From positions 1 to 64,000 of the forward strand of contig MCFE01000022.1 of NCBI GenBank assembly GCA_002104905.1: a DNA stretch of 64,000 bases, in the 5' to 3' direction. The first letter of the stretch is position 1. Every line of letters begins with the position of its first letter. Below are positions 24,997-34,528 of this stretch, piece by piece. The notes below the pieces were generated by a model, which saw nothing but the letters and a program-made list of their open reading frames with translations, did not search any database and was not told the DNA's origin. A program made the translations under genes and the position numbers. This stretch comes from Basidiobolus meristosporus CBS 931.73. Taxonomy: Eukaryota; Fungi; Basidiobolomycota.

Positions 24997-26498
24997 GTTA
25001 TAGCATAATTTAATCCAAGATTTACAAATATTTTTTAAAAGATTTTGTCAAGTAAAGTCCAGTTACAACAACAAAGTATAACCAAGTGAATATCAAGTTG
25101 TAATTACAAAATTGACCATACAATCCAGTAATCCTCTTGTCAAAGATTAGTTACAGCAGAAGCACTCCCACAAGTCCTCCTGCTGACATATCCTTGACAA
25201 TTCCCCTCCAGTAGCTGAGCAAGCTACAAGGCCATTGAGGGCAGAAAAGCCTAAACATGCATCATTGATCACCCTCTTGTTCTTTGGCATAGTTACTTAC
25301 AAGTTCACACCCCTTTCCTTGACACCATGGTTCCCGGTTCTTGTTGCAATATTCATTAAATATGCAAGTGCCATTACAGTTTGTGATTCCCCCAAAGCCC
25401 CTGAATATTATCTTCTCCCAAGAGGCACTTAAATGCATTGAGTACAGTGTTTCCAAAAAAACAAGTTTAAGTTAGATTATTTGCTTGAGAGATTCAATAA
25501 CTCTTATGCTTCTTTATTTTAGCTCAAGTTTTTTATAACTACTTTGTAAGAATAAAGATTTCATCAAACTAGTGACTTCCCTCCCTTAAGAGACCATAGG
25601 TTTGAATCAAGTCTCTACCCAAATGATGCAATCACATGGAATGGAGGATAGCATACCCAGAGTAAGGTACATCAATGTATGATATAAGACATGGAATTCG
25701 GTACAATGGAGGAGGCTATGAGCACGCGGGATTTTCAGTGACCGTGGCATGAATGGTTTTGATTGTCAGTGATACAAGTGGGTTTTACGATCACAATGGT
25801 TTGTATTGCAACATTCTCGCGAACATCAGTGATAGTCTTGGCTTTCATCTGCTTCACTGGTAATAGGTTTGATGGATTGGTGGTAGGAGATCTCGGTATC
25901 CTCAGATGATACACTTGTCTTTGCATGTTTTGGAGACTCAATTTATCAAATCTATAGGTAGTGGGGCCCTATTTTGCACTATCTGTACTAAGCTCCAGTT
26001 GGACTAGATGTAATGAACCGCTTCGCAGGTGCGTATTTACTTGGAAGATTGTTGCGAATACCGCTTTCTTGGCACGTTTTACAGAAAGGAAGGATTTTGC
26101 CTCCCTACACGTGGGAATGGAACGTATTTGGAATCTAACTCTAATCCCTGGTAATGACGTCCGACTCCGATAATCACTAACTTCCTATGGAAAACCGAAA
26201 TCAGGTTGGCGAATATTATCTTGATAGGAGTCAGTCGACCTAATCAGTATGGTATAGTATATTGCCTGTCATTACATTTTATTCAACTAACTCAATCAGT
26301 AAGGATTTATTAAGTCGGTCACTTGGTTAATAATAATTCAGGTCTTCTGTATTATAGTGATGGTTAAGCCACTAACCAAGGCAATAGAGCGAGTGATGGT
26401 TAAGCCAGAATGCTTTGAACAAGATGAAACTACCCTTGGATCGTTCAATAGGCAGACTGTGAATGATTGGAGAACATTCAGCCAAATCATTAGATCCT

Positions 26499-26656
26499 CT
26501 TGGCTATTCTCGATTAGCACCCATGTATACCCAGTGCTGGCGATACAACACCACCTTGGCTATTCTCGATTAGCACCCATGTATACCCAGTGCTGGCGAT
26601 ACAACACCACCTTGGCTATTCTTGGATGACACCCATATATACCCGGTGCTAGCGAC
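26499..26656. repeat. 56-bp tandem repeat: two identical copies and one diverged partial copy
   Basis: Unit cttggctattctcgattagcacccatgtatacccagtgctggcgatacaacaccac at 26499 and 26555. The third copy starts at 26611 and ends ~20 nt before ATG 26677. Confidence 0.92.
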
Positions 26657-26676
26657 TAGGCAGTGAGTGATCAAAC

Positions 26677-28479
26677 ATGGCTTCTCATCTAGTCAGGAAT
26701 GTATTCAAATCATCCCTCAACAGCTCCATTGCCATTTCAGAGTTTGTGCAGAGAATGCGGGATGCTGGGATTAGAGAAAAATTCGGAAGCTTCATCAAGG
26801 AGTGTAGCTTAGTGGAAGCAATGTATAAGGTTGTACTGGTAAAGCCGATTCTCAAGGATATCCGGGGGTGTTTCGATACAGTCGAGCTGAACGAAAACAT
26901 GGGACAACTTTCTCCCCAAGGGATCGTTCTCTATTATGTCACTGATAGCAACCTGTACAATTTCAAGGAAATATTAGGTCAAGAGAGCTACGGGTTAAGT
27001 CTAAAAGGAAGGAGCTTACTCCAGATATATACACCATCAATGAATAGTGTGCATGTACTCGACCTGATCCGACTCAAGGAGAAATTGGATGAAGTCGCCT
27101 CAAGCCTTGTTGCACTGTTGAAGTCGGATTCGCCCAAGTATGTGTATGACTGTCGGCCATTTTTTGAACAGCTCGAGCAACTTCTGGCGATAGGCTACAA
27201 GGGCCTCATCAATGTTTACGATGTTCAGGAGACGGACGAGGAGCTGTCACCAAGGATTAAGCAACTAGGGCTTCAACATTATCTCAGAGCCTATTTGGAT
27301 GCGAGTATTACCCGGCAGAAAGACGTCTGGCTTCACAGGCCTATTCATCGGGATTTAATTGTTTATGCGGCGCTGGATGCACACTGCATTCACCAGATCG
27401 CCCAGGCCACCAACAGCACAAAAAGTGTGGAAGAGACGTTCGACAAGTACCTCGAATACAAAAGAGGTACTTTCGTATCGCCCATCAAACTAGAGATCGA
27501 ATGTGATATGGAGATCATTGGCCAGAGTTTGGGAACCGAACTGCTGCCAGCAATCGAGCTACCGGACACCGACCTTTTTGTCGACAACGGGAAAAAGATC
27601 AGATTGAACAGACATTCTTCCACGCGGAATATCTCGGATTCCGAGGTTTGCGAGGCGTTCGTCCAGAAAATCCTCGCAAAGCATTCCAGCGGGAGAGGGA
27701 ATAGGGCCATAGTAGGGACCACGCTTCACCGGGTATCCCGGGTGATGTACGAAGACAGGATCGTGGGGCTGACTTGGAGGATCGGCCGAAGAATCAAGGG
27801 GCTAGAGCCTATCTTCCAAGACAAGATCAATGATTCGGTGAGCATTCTCCTCTGCGGGCCTCCTAACGTAGGTAAAACCTCATTAGTAAGGTCCTTGTGC
27901 GAGCATGTGTCCGTCGATAAATCCCTTTGCCTGATCGACACATCAGGCGAAGTCTGTGGCGGTAACTCGTTGGGTGATTCACGAGTATTCAAGCCGTGTG
28001 AACCCCACAAGCAGTACGAACTGATGGTAGACGTAATCAAGAACCACTCCCCTAGTCATATTGTGATAGATGAGATCCACACCAAGGAGGAGATGAAGCT
28101 ATGCTCGACCGTTGTCAAGCGGGGTATCAAGGTGATCGCCTCGGTGCATGGATTATTTGAAGAGTTGATTTACAACCAAGAGCTGAACGCGTGCCTGGGA
28201 GGCATCCACAAGGTTATTTTGTCTGACAACAGGGCGGACATGGTGACTTACGGCCGAAAAACTCGCATCGAGCGTCTGGAAAAATCCCTATTCGATGTCG
28301 TGATTCAATTGGATTTCAAGGAGGATTGTTTCCAATACTGCTTCATCTCCGATGTGAATGATGCGGTGGACAGAGCACTGGATAATCAATTGGTTCACAC
28401 CACGCGCAGGTACCTGGCCGAAGGTGGGCTATATGAGAAAACGTCGTACATCGACCCCAGCCAAGGAAAGCGCTGTTGA
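26677..28479 (+). CDS. 600-aa intronless fusion: DnaQ/EXD-like 3'-5' exonuclease domain with degenerate ExoI, plus Ycf45/SpoIIIAA-like AAA+ ATPase
   Basis: Exonuclease-like motifs LLQI...VHVLDL, KYVYDCR, DVQ, W-x2-RP-x5-YAALDA. Ycf45 signatures NRAIVGTTLHRVS, IVGLTWRIGR, SILLCGPPNVGKT (Walker A, 27856-27879), IDTSGEV, NHSPSHIVIDEI (Walker B), HG...LGG, KTRIER. Confidence 0.85.
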   Translation: MASHLVRNVFKSSLNSSIAISEFVQRMRDAGIREKFGSFIKECSLVEAMYKVVLVKPILKDIRGCFDTVELNENMGQLSPQGIVLYYVTDSNLYNFKEILGQESYGLSLKGRSLLQIYTPSMNSVHVLDLIRLKEKLDEVASSLVALLKSDSPKYVYDCRPFFEQLEQLLAIGYKGLINVYDVQETDEELSPRIKQLGLQHYLRAYLDASITRQKDVWLHRPIHRDLIVYAALDAHCIHQIAQATNSTKSVEETFDKYLEYKRGTFVSPIKLEIECDMEIIGQSLGTELLPAIELPDTDLFVDNGKKIRLNRHSSTRNISDSEVCEAFVQKILAKHSSGRGNRAIVGTTLHRVSRVMYEDRIVGLTWRIGRRIKGLEPIFQDKINDSVSILLCGPPNVGKTSLVRSLCEHVSVDKSLCLIDTSGEVCGGNSLGDSRVFKPCEPHKQYELMVDVIKNHSPSHIVIDEIHTKEEMKLCSTVVKRGIKVIASVHGLFEELIYNQELNACLGGIHKVILSDNRADMVTYGRKTRIERLEKSLFDVVIQLDFKEDCFQYCFISDVNDAVDRALDNQLVHTTRRYLAEGGLYEKTSYIDPSQGKRC

Positions 28480-28788
28480 TCATTGCTATCTTAAGAAACT
28501 TATTCAACCGGATGTATCAGAAGAAATGGCCGGTACTTTTACAATAGTAGGCACTGAAGGCTTCTACTTCAATTTATTACTTACAAATAATAAAGGGATT
28601 TATATCTTGCAATACAGTAATAGACCGTACAAATTAAATATACACAAATATGGAGTCATACAAAATATGCATATCAGTCGGATAAGCACACGGCGAAGAC
28701 CTCAGTAACCAAAGAGAGATATCTCGATACAGTATCGCAGATGACTAATGGACCCATGCATATGCCAAAGTATACACTGAAGCGTGGC

Positions 28789-29841
28789 TTAATTAACCTT
28801 ACAACTGTGGATCTTGGCGTGTCGTCGTAGATTACTCACAACGGAAAAGTGGCGTCCGCACCCCTCATGAGGACACTTGAATGGCTTCTCTCCAGTGTGC
28901 GAATACATGTGGGTATTCAAGGAGCTTGGCCGACTGAACCCTTTCTGGCAGATAGAGCAGTGGTATTTTTTGGCAGAGGCAGAAATGGTTCTAGAGCTAA
29001 AGGTGGACATCATAGCGTTTAGCTGGTTTGCTGGTTTGCTTCGAGCGTAGCGTCGGTCTGCTTTTAAAGTGTCCACTTGAAGCTGCGCATAAGGTGATGG
29101 TTTCATTGATCGCATGCACATATTTGGAAAGATCCAAGAATCAGGGTAACCATCCTCAGGGATGCCTGTTAGAGAATGGTCCTCACCATTCTCTAGGAAA
29201 TTGAAGGGATACACCATCAGTTGGTTTGGATCATCAGCACAGGTGGCATCGACCTTCTCGTCATGATTCCAACTCGTTTCAAAAGAAGAGAATGGCGTTC
29301 CCAAAGTGGGCGATAGAAACTCAGGTGAGCTCGCTTGAATCATCAGTTCCGAATTGCCAATGGAGTTTGGTAGATTAGTACATTGCACTGGTGAATAGAC
29401 GGATTGTGGGGAACTGGGTGCAAACTGGCTGAGCTCTGGGAGGTCACAACCCTCCAAAAATCCCTCCTTCTTTAGATAGAAATCCTTAGAGTCCCCCTTA
29501 CTTGGCAGATGATACATGGTCTCATTTAGCGATGGAGATGTGAAAATCAAAAGCCCCTCCTCTTCCATTTTGATGCCCGGCTCGCCTGATAGGGTATGTG
29601 AATCTTTGCTGGGCGAAGTAGAAGCATCATGTAAAGAAGCGGACCAAAACGCCAGCATTTCTTGTGATTCGCATTTGTCGGCAAACTCTGAAGTAGACTC
29701 TACCTTTTGTTGACCATAGTAAGAGGCTATCTGCTCCATTGCCATCAATTGCTCAAGGTGATGGTCGTGCTGGGGCGGTTCGTTGGCTTTCGAACTTTGG
29801 TATGGGATGTGACAAACGGAGAAGAGGGTGGAATTTGTCAT
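28789..29841 (-). CDS. C2H2 zinc-finger transcription factor, FlbC-like (350 aa)
   Basis: C-terminal CSICQKGFSRPSSLNTHMYSHTGEKPFKCPHEGCGRHFSVVSNLRRHAKIH closely matches my recollection of the Aspergillus FlbC finger pair. First ATG at 29841 (the track start is TTG). TATATA ~60 nt upstream. Confidence 0.85.
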   Translation of the reverse strand: MTNSTLFSVCHIPYQSSKANEPPQHDHHLEQLMAMEQIASYYGQQKVESTSEFADKCESQEMLAFWSASLHDASTSPSKDSHTLSGEPGIKMEEEGLLIFTSPSLNETMYHLPSKGDSKDFYLKKEGFLEGCDLPELSQFAPSSPQSVYSPVQCTNLPNSIGNSELMIQASSPEFLSPTLGTPFSSFETSWNHDEKVDATCADDPNQLMVYPFNFLENGEDHSLTGIPEDGYPDSWIFPNMCMRSMKPSPYAQLQVDTLKADRRYARSKPANQLNAMMSTFSSRTISASAKKYHCSICQKGFSRPSSLNTHMYSHTGEKPFKCPHEGCGRHFSVVSNLRRHAKIHSCKVN

Positions 29842-31489
29842 GATAAACAAAAATAAAAGCGAATCTAAATGTGAGTTGAGGCAGTAACGACTACTCAGGG
29901 CTATATATAGGCTGTTTGTATGTGGGATAAACCCTCCAGATACTTTGGGGAACCTTAAGTGGTCGTCAAATCATGATTGCATTCGATATGTTACTCAATA
30001 GTATGAAGATCTTCTTGCCCAGATGCATGATGGACACTATTTGTAAATCCAATTCTACGATCAAAGTAGGGGTGCCCAGCTCGGTAGGGGGCAGAGGAGA
30101 TAGTGGGATGAGAGGTGTAAAGTGGAGTGAGGTGATAGTAGGTGGGGAGCACCTGGACTATACCCCACTCAACTAAGGCGACATCAGTGCGATATTCCTG
30201 GCTGTAGAACCAATTGTCACCAGGTGTAGAGCACGTCTCCCTAAACACTCCCGAAAAACGATATTAAATCTAATCGGGATCCGTATCCAGGTAATACTTG
30301 CATTGTGTGTAATCAAGGAAAGCCTCTCAATGCATACCAATCAAGCAGCCAGTCGGCGCAGTATACTACCTCGTGGTACAGTAACAGCACCATCAATGGG
30401 CAGCATTATTCCAGTCCCTCGGAATAGTAACGGCGAGTGAGAGCGGTTTCAATTGAGGTGATGCAATATCCCTTCCATCAATGTAGACATAAATTCGCCT
30501 GTTTAATCTGCCTGCATATGATTGGATCGACATGGCAATCAAAGCATCTACCACAATCATCAACCGCAGGAGTCTTCATGATCGCCCGCCGTTTAGGGTT
30601 AGGACTGGCGTGTCCAAAATACCGGTTTGGAAGCCAATCTTTGCGTTAGACAATCCTTGTTCGGCACATCATGCTTAAATAGAAGTCTACCTCTTATTCA
30701 TAGTACTGATAATCTCTGTATTTGCAATTCAATGTCACTCGTTTACCTTCCACTTGTACTCTGCTTAACTTACATACTCAGGGGTTGGCTGTAAGCAAGA
30801 ATATCAGAACACAACCAACCCAGTGCCACCATATATAGCAATGAACCAACCAGCACGCCCCAATTTTCTGTGAAGATACTGGAGCATTGATAGCATATAT
30901 TGTATGCTAAAATCATGAAATTCGAGGACCAATCACGAATACGAACATGCGTTAATAATTCCTCCCAAACCGTTTAAAAAAGGCGTTTCCAGTTCGAGCT
31001 TAGATGGGCAGTGCAATTGTTACATTGTGTGGTACCGGAGTGACAATACCTGTTAATAAATCAGCTTGATCTTTTTAAATTCGGCTTCCCACAGTTATTT
31101 ATCCCTCTAGGTCAGCTTCCACAATGATTCGGATGATACTTTTTGGCCATGGGTCATTGCTATATACTGGGTGGGTGTTGTAGGACAAGACCTTGGGGAG
31201 TTATTTTGGTAGGAATTCCGAGAGCTCGTTGCCTCTGTAACCTCAACAGTCCTTCGTTAGGGGGACCACAAGTGATGTCAAGCATCCAAACACACTGACT
31301 CAAACAGCATTAGGTTACACTTCAGCTTACTCACATGAAATTAACGAATATCAAGTTTATCAATATATCGTGGCTATTACACAAGTGATTAGTGGGTATC
31401 ATGCTTGCTATATGCTTGTTTGTTTAAGAATTGGCTAATGTACATTATCGGATCAATTGTTACAGGGTTACTATCACCAGGATCACAAA

Positions 31490-34084
31490 ACCGTCACTAA
31501 ACCATTGGGTTAGTTTGCTATGTCCATGGCCGATCAAAATGATGCACTCACCATGGTATATGTTCTTAAACCCTTTCTGGGGGATTTTTCTAATGGTGAG
31601 GTGGATTTGGATGTAGAGTGAGCGGAAGAGCCATTCTCGTAGACTTTCTGTTGGTTGGTTAGTCAAGCTCACCTGGCCATGCATGAAACCTTTGTTACCT
31701 GAGTCCCATCAACAAACTGGATCACCTTTCTCCCATGAATATCCACAGTTTGGATTGTTCCATCAGGAAAAATAGACTTTTCCTAGGTTGGTGGGGATTT
31801 TAGTAAGCCGGTACCGTGACATTCGTACGCGAGGGCACGTATCTACCTCGTTATTGGGATATATGTATTGTACTGTGGCGTCGGGGAACTTTACTTCGAT
31901 AGTACCATCAACATGGTGCTTTTCTAGTTGGCCGTTGGCAAATTGGAACATTTCCGTCTTGTCTGGCAAGCTAGTATGGATGGTTTTCGTTTCTGCATAG
32001 AAATATACGACTTTGCCATCCTCAAAGGTTTCTTTCGCGTCCCCGTTCACAAAGCGCAACTTGGTATAACCGCTTGAACGGTGCTCCTTTGTGGTTCCAT
32101 TGCGATATAGCACCAGCCGTGTACCATTTGCGTACATACGCTCACACTTCCCATCGGGGTAGCACACCTCTTCAAAAGGTTTCATTAATCTGAGCTCAGC
32201 ACCAAGCTCATCAAGCGGGCTGTTCTGGCCTTCATTCTTATCCGGCACCACTCGAGATGGTGACGGTGTTGAGGAATGACCCTGTGCACTTTCGGTAACA
32301 CAATTTTCGATACCTGAAGCTGTGTCACTTTCATCTGTGAATTGTCTTAGCTTTTTCCTTAATAAGCTGTTTTGTTTTGTCAGAAGTGCGACTGTATGCT
32401 CAAGCTCTTGGGCTGTCACATCTAGTTTGGGCTAAAGTTCTCATTTGGTAAGAGTCGGATAGATATGAGTTGGAATGAAGAGTCACCTTGCTTCGCTGGT
32501 CCATCAATTTGGCATTTAGGTCATTGATTATCTGCTGGAGCTCCTCATTTCTTCTCGTCAACGTCACTGCTCTATCTTTCAGCCGGCTGAGCTCCGAGCT
32601 AGACTTACTTTCTTTTTTTTTTAGTTTTGAGTTTAGTTCTTTCACTGTTTCTCGCAGCAATTCAATCTCCTGCCGCTCTCTAACGAATGTTGTTAGTCAC
32701 GTAGCAACAATCAAAGCCTCGAATAAAATTACTTCTTGTTCGCGGTGGTTGCAGTGACTAATTGATGCTTCTCCAGCGTCAGTTTTTCCCGTCGCTTGTT
32801 TACTTCCGTTTCATGATGCAGCCTCTTGAGCTTTGCAAGCTCCTCGGACTTGTATTTTTCAAACAATTCCTAAGCCACGAAAGTATCATAAGTACCTTAT
32901 CTAGTCAAAGTGTGAAGCATATACGGCGTTACTTTCTCGGCCTCTAGAGCCTTAACATTGCGTATATGATCGCGGCGCAATCTATCAATATCTATAGTCT
33001 TGATATCATCGTCCGAAGTTGTTATTTTGGTGCACATGATTCAAATGAGCATTGGCTGAAGACCTACTTCACGCTCCAAACTTCGATGAGGTTGAGTCGG
33101 GGATAATGAAGATTGTATGGGTACTGTGGATGCTCTATGTACAGGTGAACGAATTTGGGTTGGTTGTGGTAATTTCGATGCGACTAGATAAAACGGTTCC
33201 GCTCGGTTATATTCAGTTCCATCACATAGAGATTGCAGTACAAATAGCGGATACCTGTGGTTTTGCATGTCATCGAGACTCCAGTTGAATTTCCTCGAGT
33301 TGCCGCCCAGTTAGGAGAGAGTCGTAGATAACTATCTTGCGGTTCCATACCATCACTACTTGGAGTAGAGAATGTAGAATCTACCAAGGATTACTGTATT
33401 AGTCCTGAAAAATAAAAGAACATAAATTCCGTGACAGGAGGCGACTCATCTACCCAAAGTTGTGGAACACATCTTTTCCAACCCGTCAATATTAAATGAG
33501 CTTGGTCTTGAGATTTTTATAGGGTTATCAAACTCCTGAGTATAGTTAATAATAATCTTGACGTGGATCCAGAAGTCAATATACTTACTGAAGTAGTCTC
33601 CGAAGCACTATCAACATCCGAGTCAACATACGACCTGTTCAACACAAGTTCAGAAAGGTTCACCTGAGTACATGGCTGGGTATTACTCACTCGGTACGAA
33701 GCTTGGGCCATTTTGAAGGAGCTGGGCTAGGCCTTGGGGGTATGTTGGACACTTCCTCCTCGAGAGCCAGGAAGCCTTTGAGCGCCTCCTCCTCCCACTT
33801 TTTTTTGGAAGCCCATTTCTGGTGAATTTTCGAGCGTTCCTCTACAAGGAAGTCCTTTTTCGTTTTAAGAGCCTCTGATTCAGTGTAGAATTTCAAACTA
33901 GGGAATACTGAAGTATCGCTAGTCGAGCTTGCGAAGGAACTCTCCATAAGAGGATCGTTGGAAGAACTCTGTTGGACCTTTGGAGATTTCTGACGAGGTT
34001 TCCAGTAAGTAAATAGAAAAGAGGCAGTACAGTTTCCAATGCTACGTTAAATCAGGTGTTAAGATATACCTCTTGGTGGGCCAT
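31490..34084 (-). CDS. SAS4: SAS-4/CPAP (CENPJ) centriole assembly protein, multi-exon
   Basis: Tcp10_C/G-box repeats (YPDGKCERMYANGT, FVNGDAKET, YFYAETKTIHT, FANGQLEKH, EKSIFPDGT) at ~31700-32180. Spliced coiled coil REKLTLEKH...NKKERQEIELLRETVKELNSKLKKKESKSSSELSRLK parallels human CPAP KERKVFEKY...DKKEREEIQTLK...KETKWSSTHSRL. In-frame GT-AG introns traced from ATG 34084. The 3' end is approximate. Confidence 0.85.
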
Positions 34085-34528
34085 TGCTCCAGAATAAGAA
34101 GAATTATCGTGTTAGTCCATGAAGCAAGGAGTGAGCAATATCTAGTGGTGATTTGGTTTAATTTATGCATGCTTTGCTATTTAACCATATAGGTAGCCTA
34201 CTAAATCAGCTGTGTGCATTCACACTGAAGGAACGGACTCCTAATTAATTCATATGCATGGATTTAACAAGTTGCTCTTGGTTGTACGGAAATGGAGTCA
34301 ACTTCACGACCTGGCGATGTAGCCACGCCACAAAGAAATAACCCCAGCCTCTGATTATTTGTATACCCTTGTGCTTACACTCGTGCCACCACAGAGCTGA
34401 GTGACCAATATATCCTTGGTGCACGGCCAACGTAGAGAAAGGATGTTCCAAGACCAGATCTTGGATTGCCTGATCAAGCGTTTGCAATGGTACAATGAAT
34501 GGCATTTATTAAATTTTTAAGTAGCTTG

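Noticed and set aside
25590-25625. ggtttgaatc resembling a tRNA T-loop
   Set aside because: No acceptor stem, D-arm or anticodon arm could be folded around it.
26677-28479. Bacterial contamination or chimeric contig as the source of the Ycf45-like gene
   Set aside because: There is no operon, Shine-Dalgarno context or other prokaryotic gene nearby, and it is embedded between fungal TE relics and a fungal C2H2 gene. Read-level confirmation is still advisable.
29973-31400. Short ORFs in the interval between the FlbC-like gene and SAS-4
   Set aside because: They are 60-85 aa, have no recognisable motifs or consistent splice chain, and are compatible with random ORFs.
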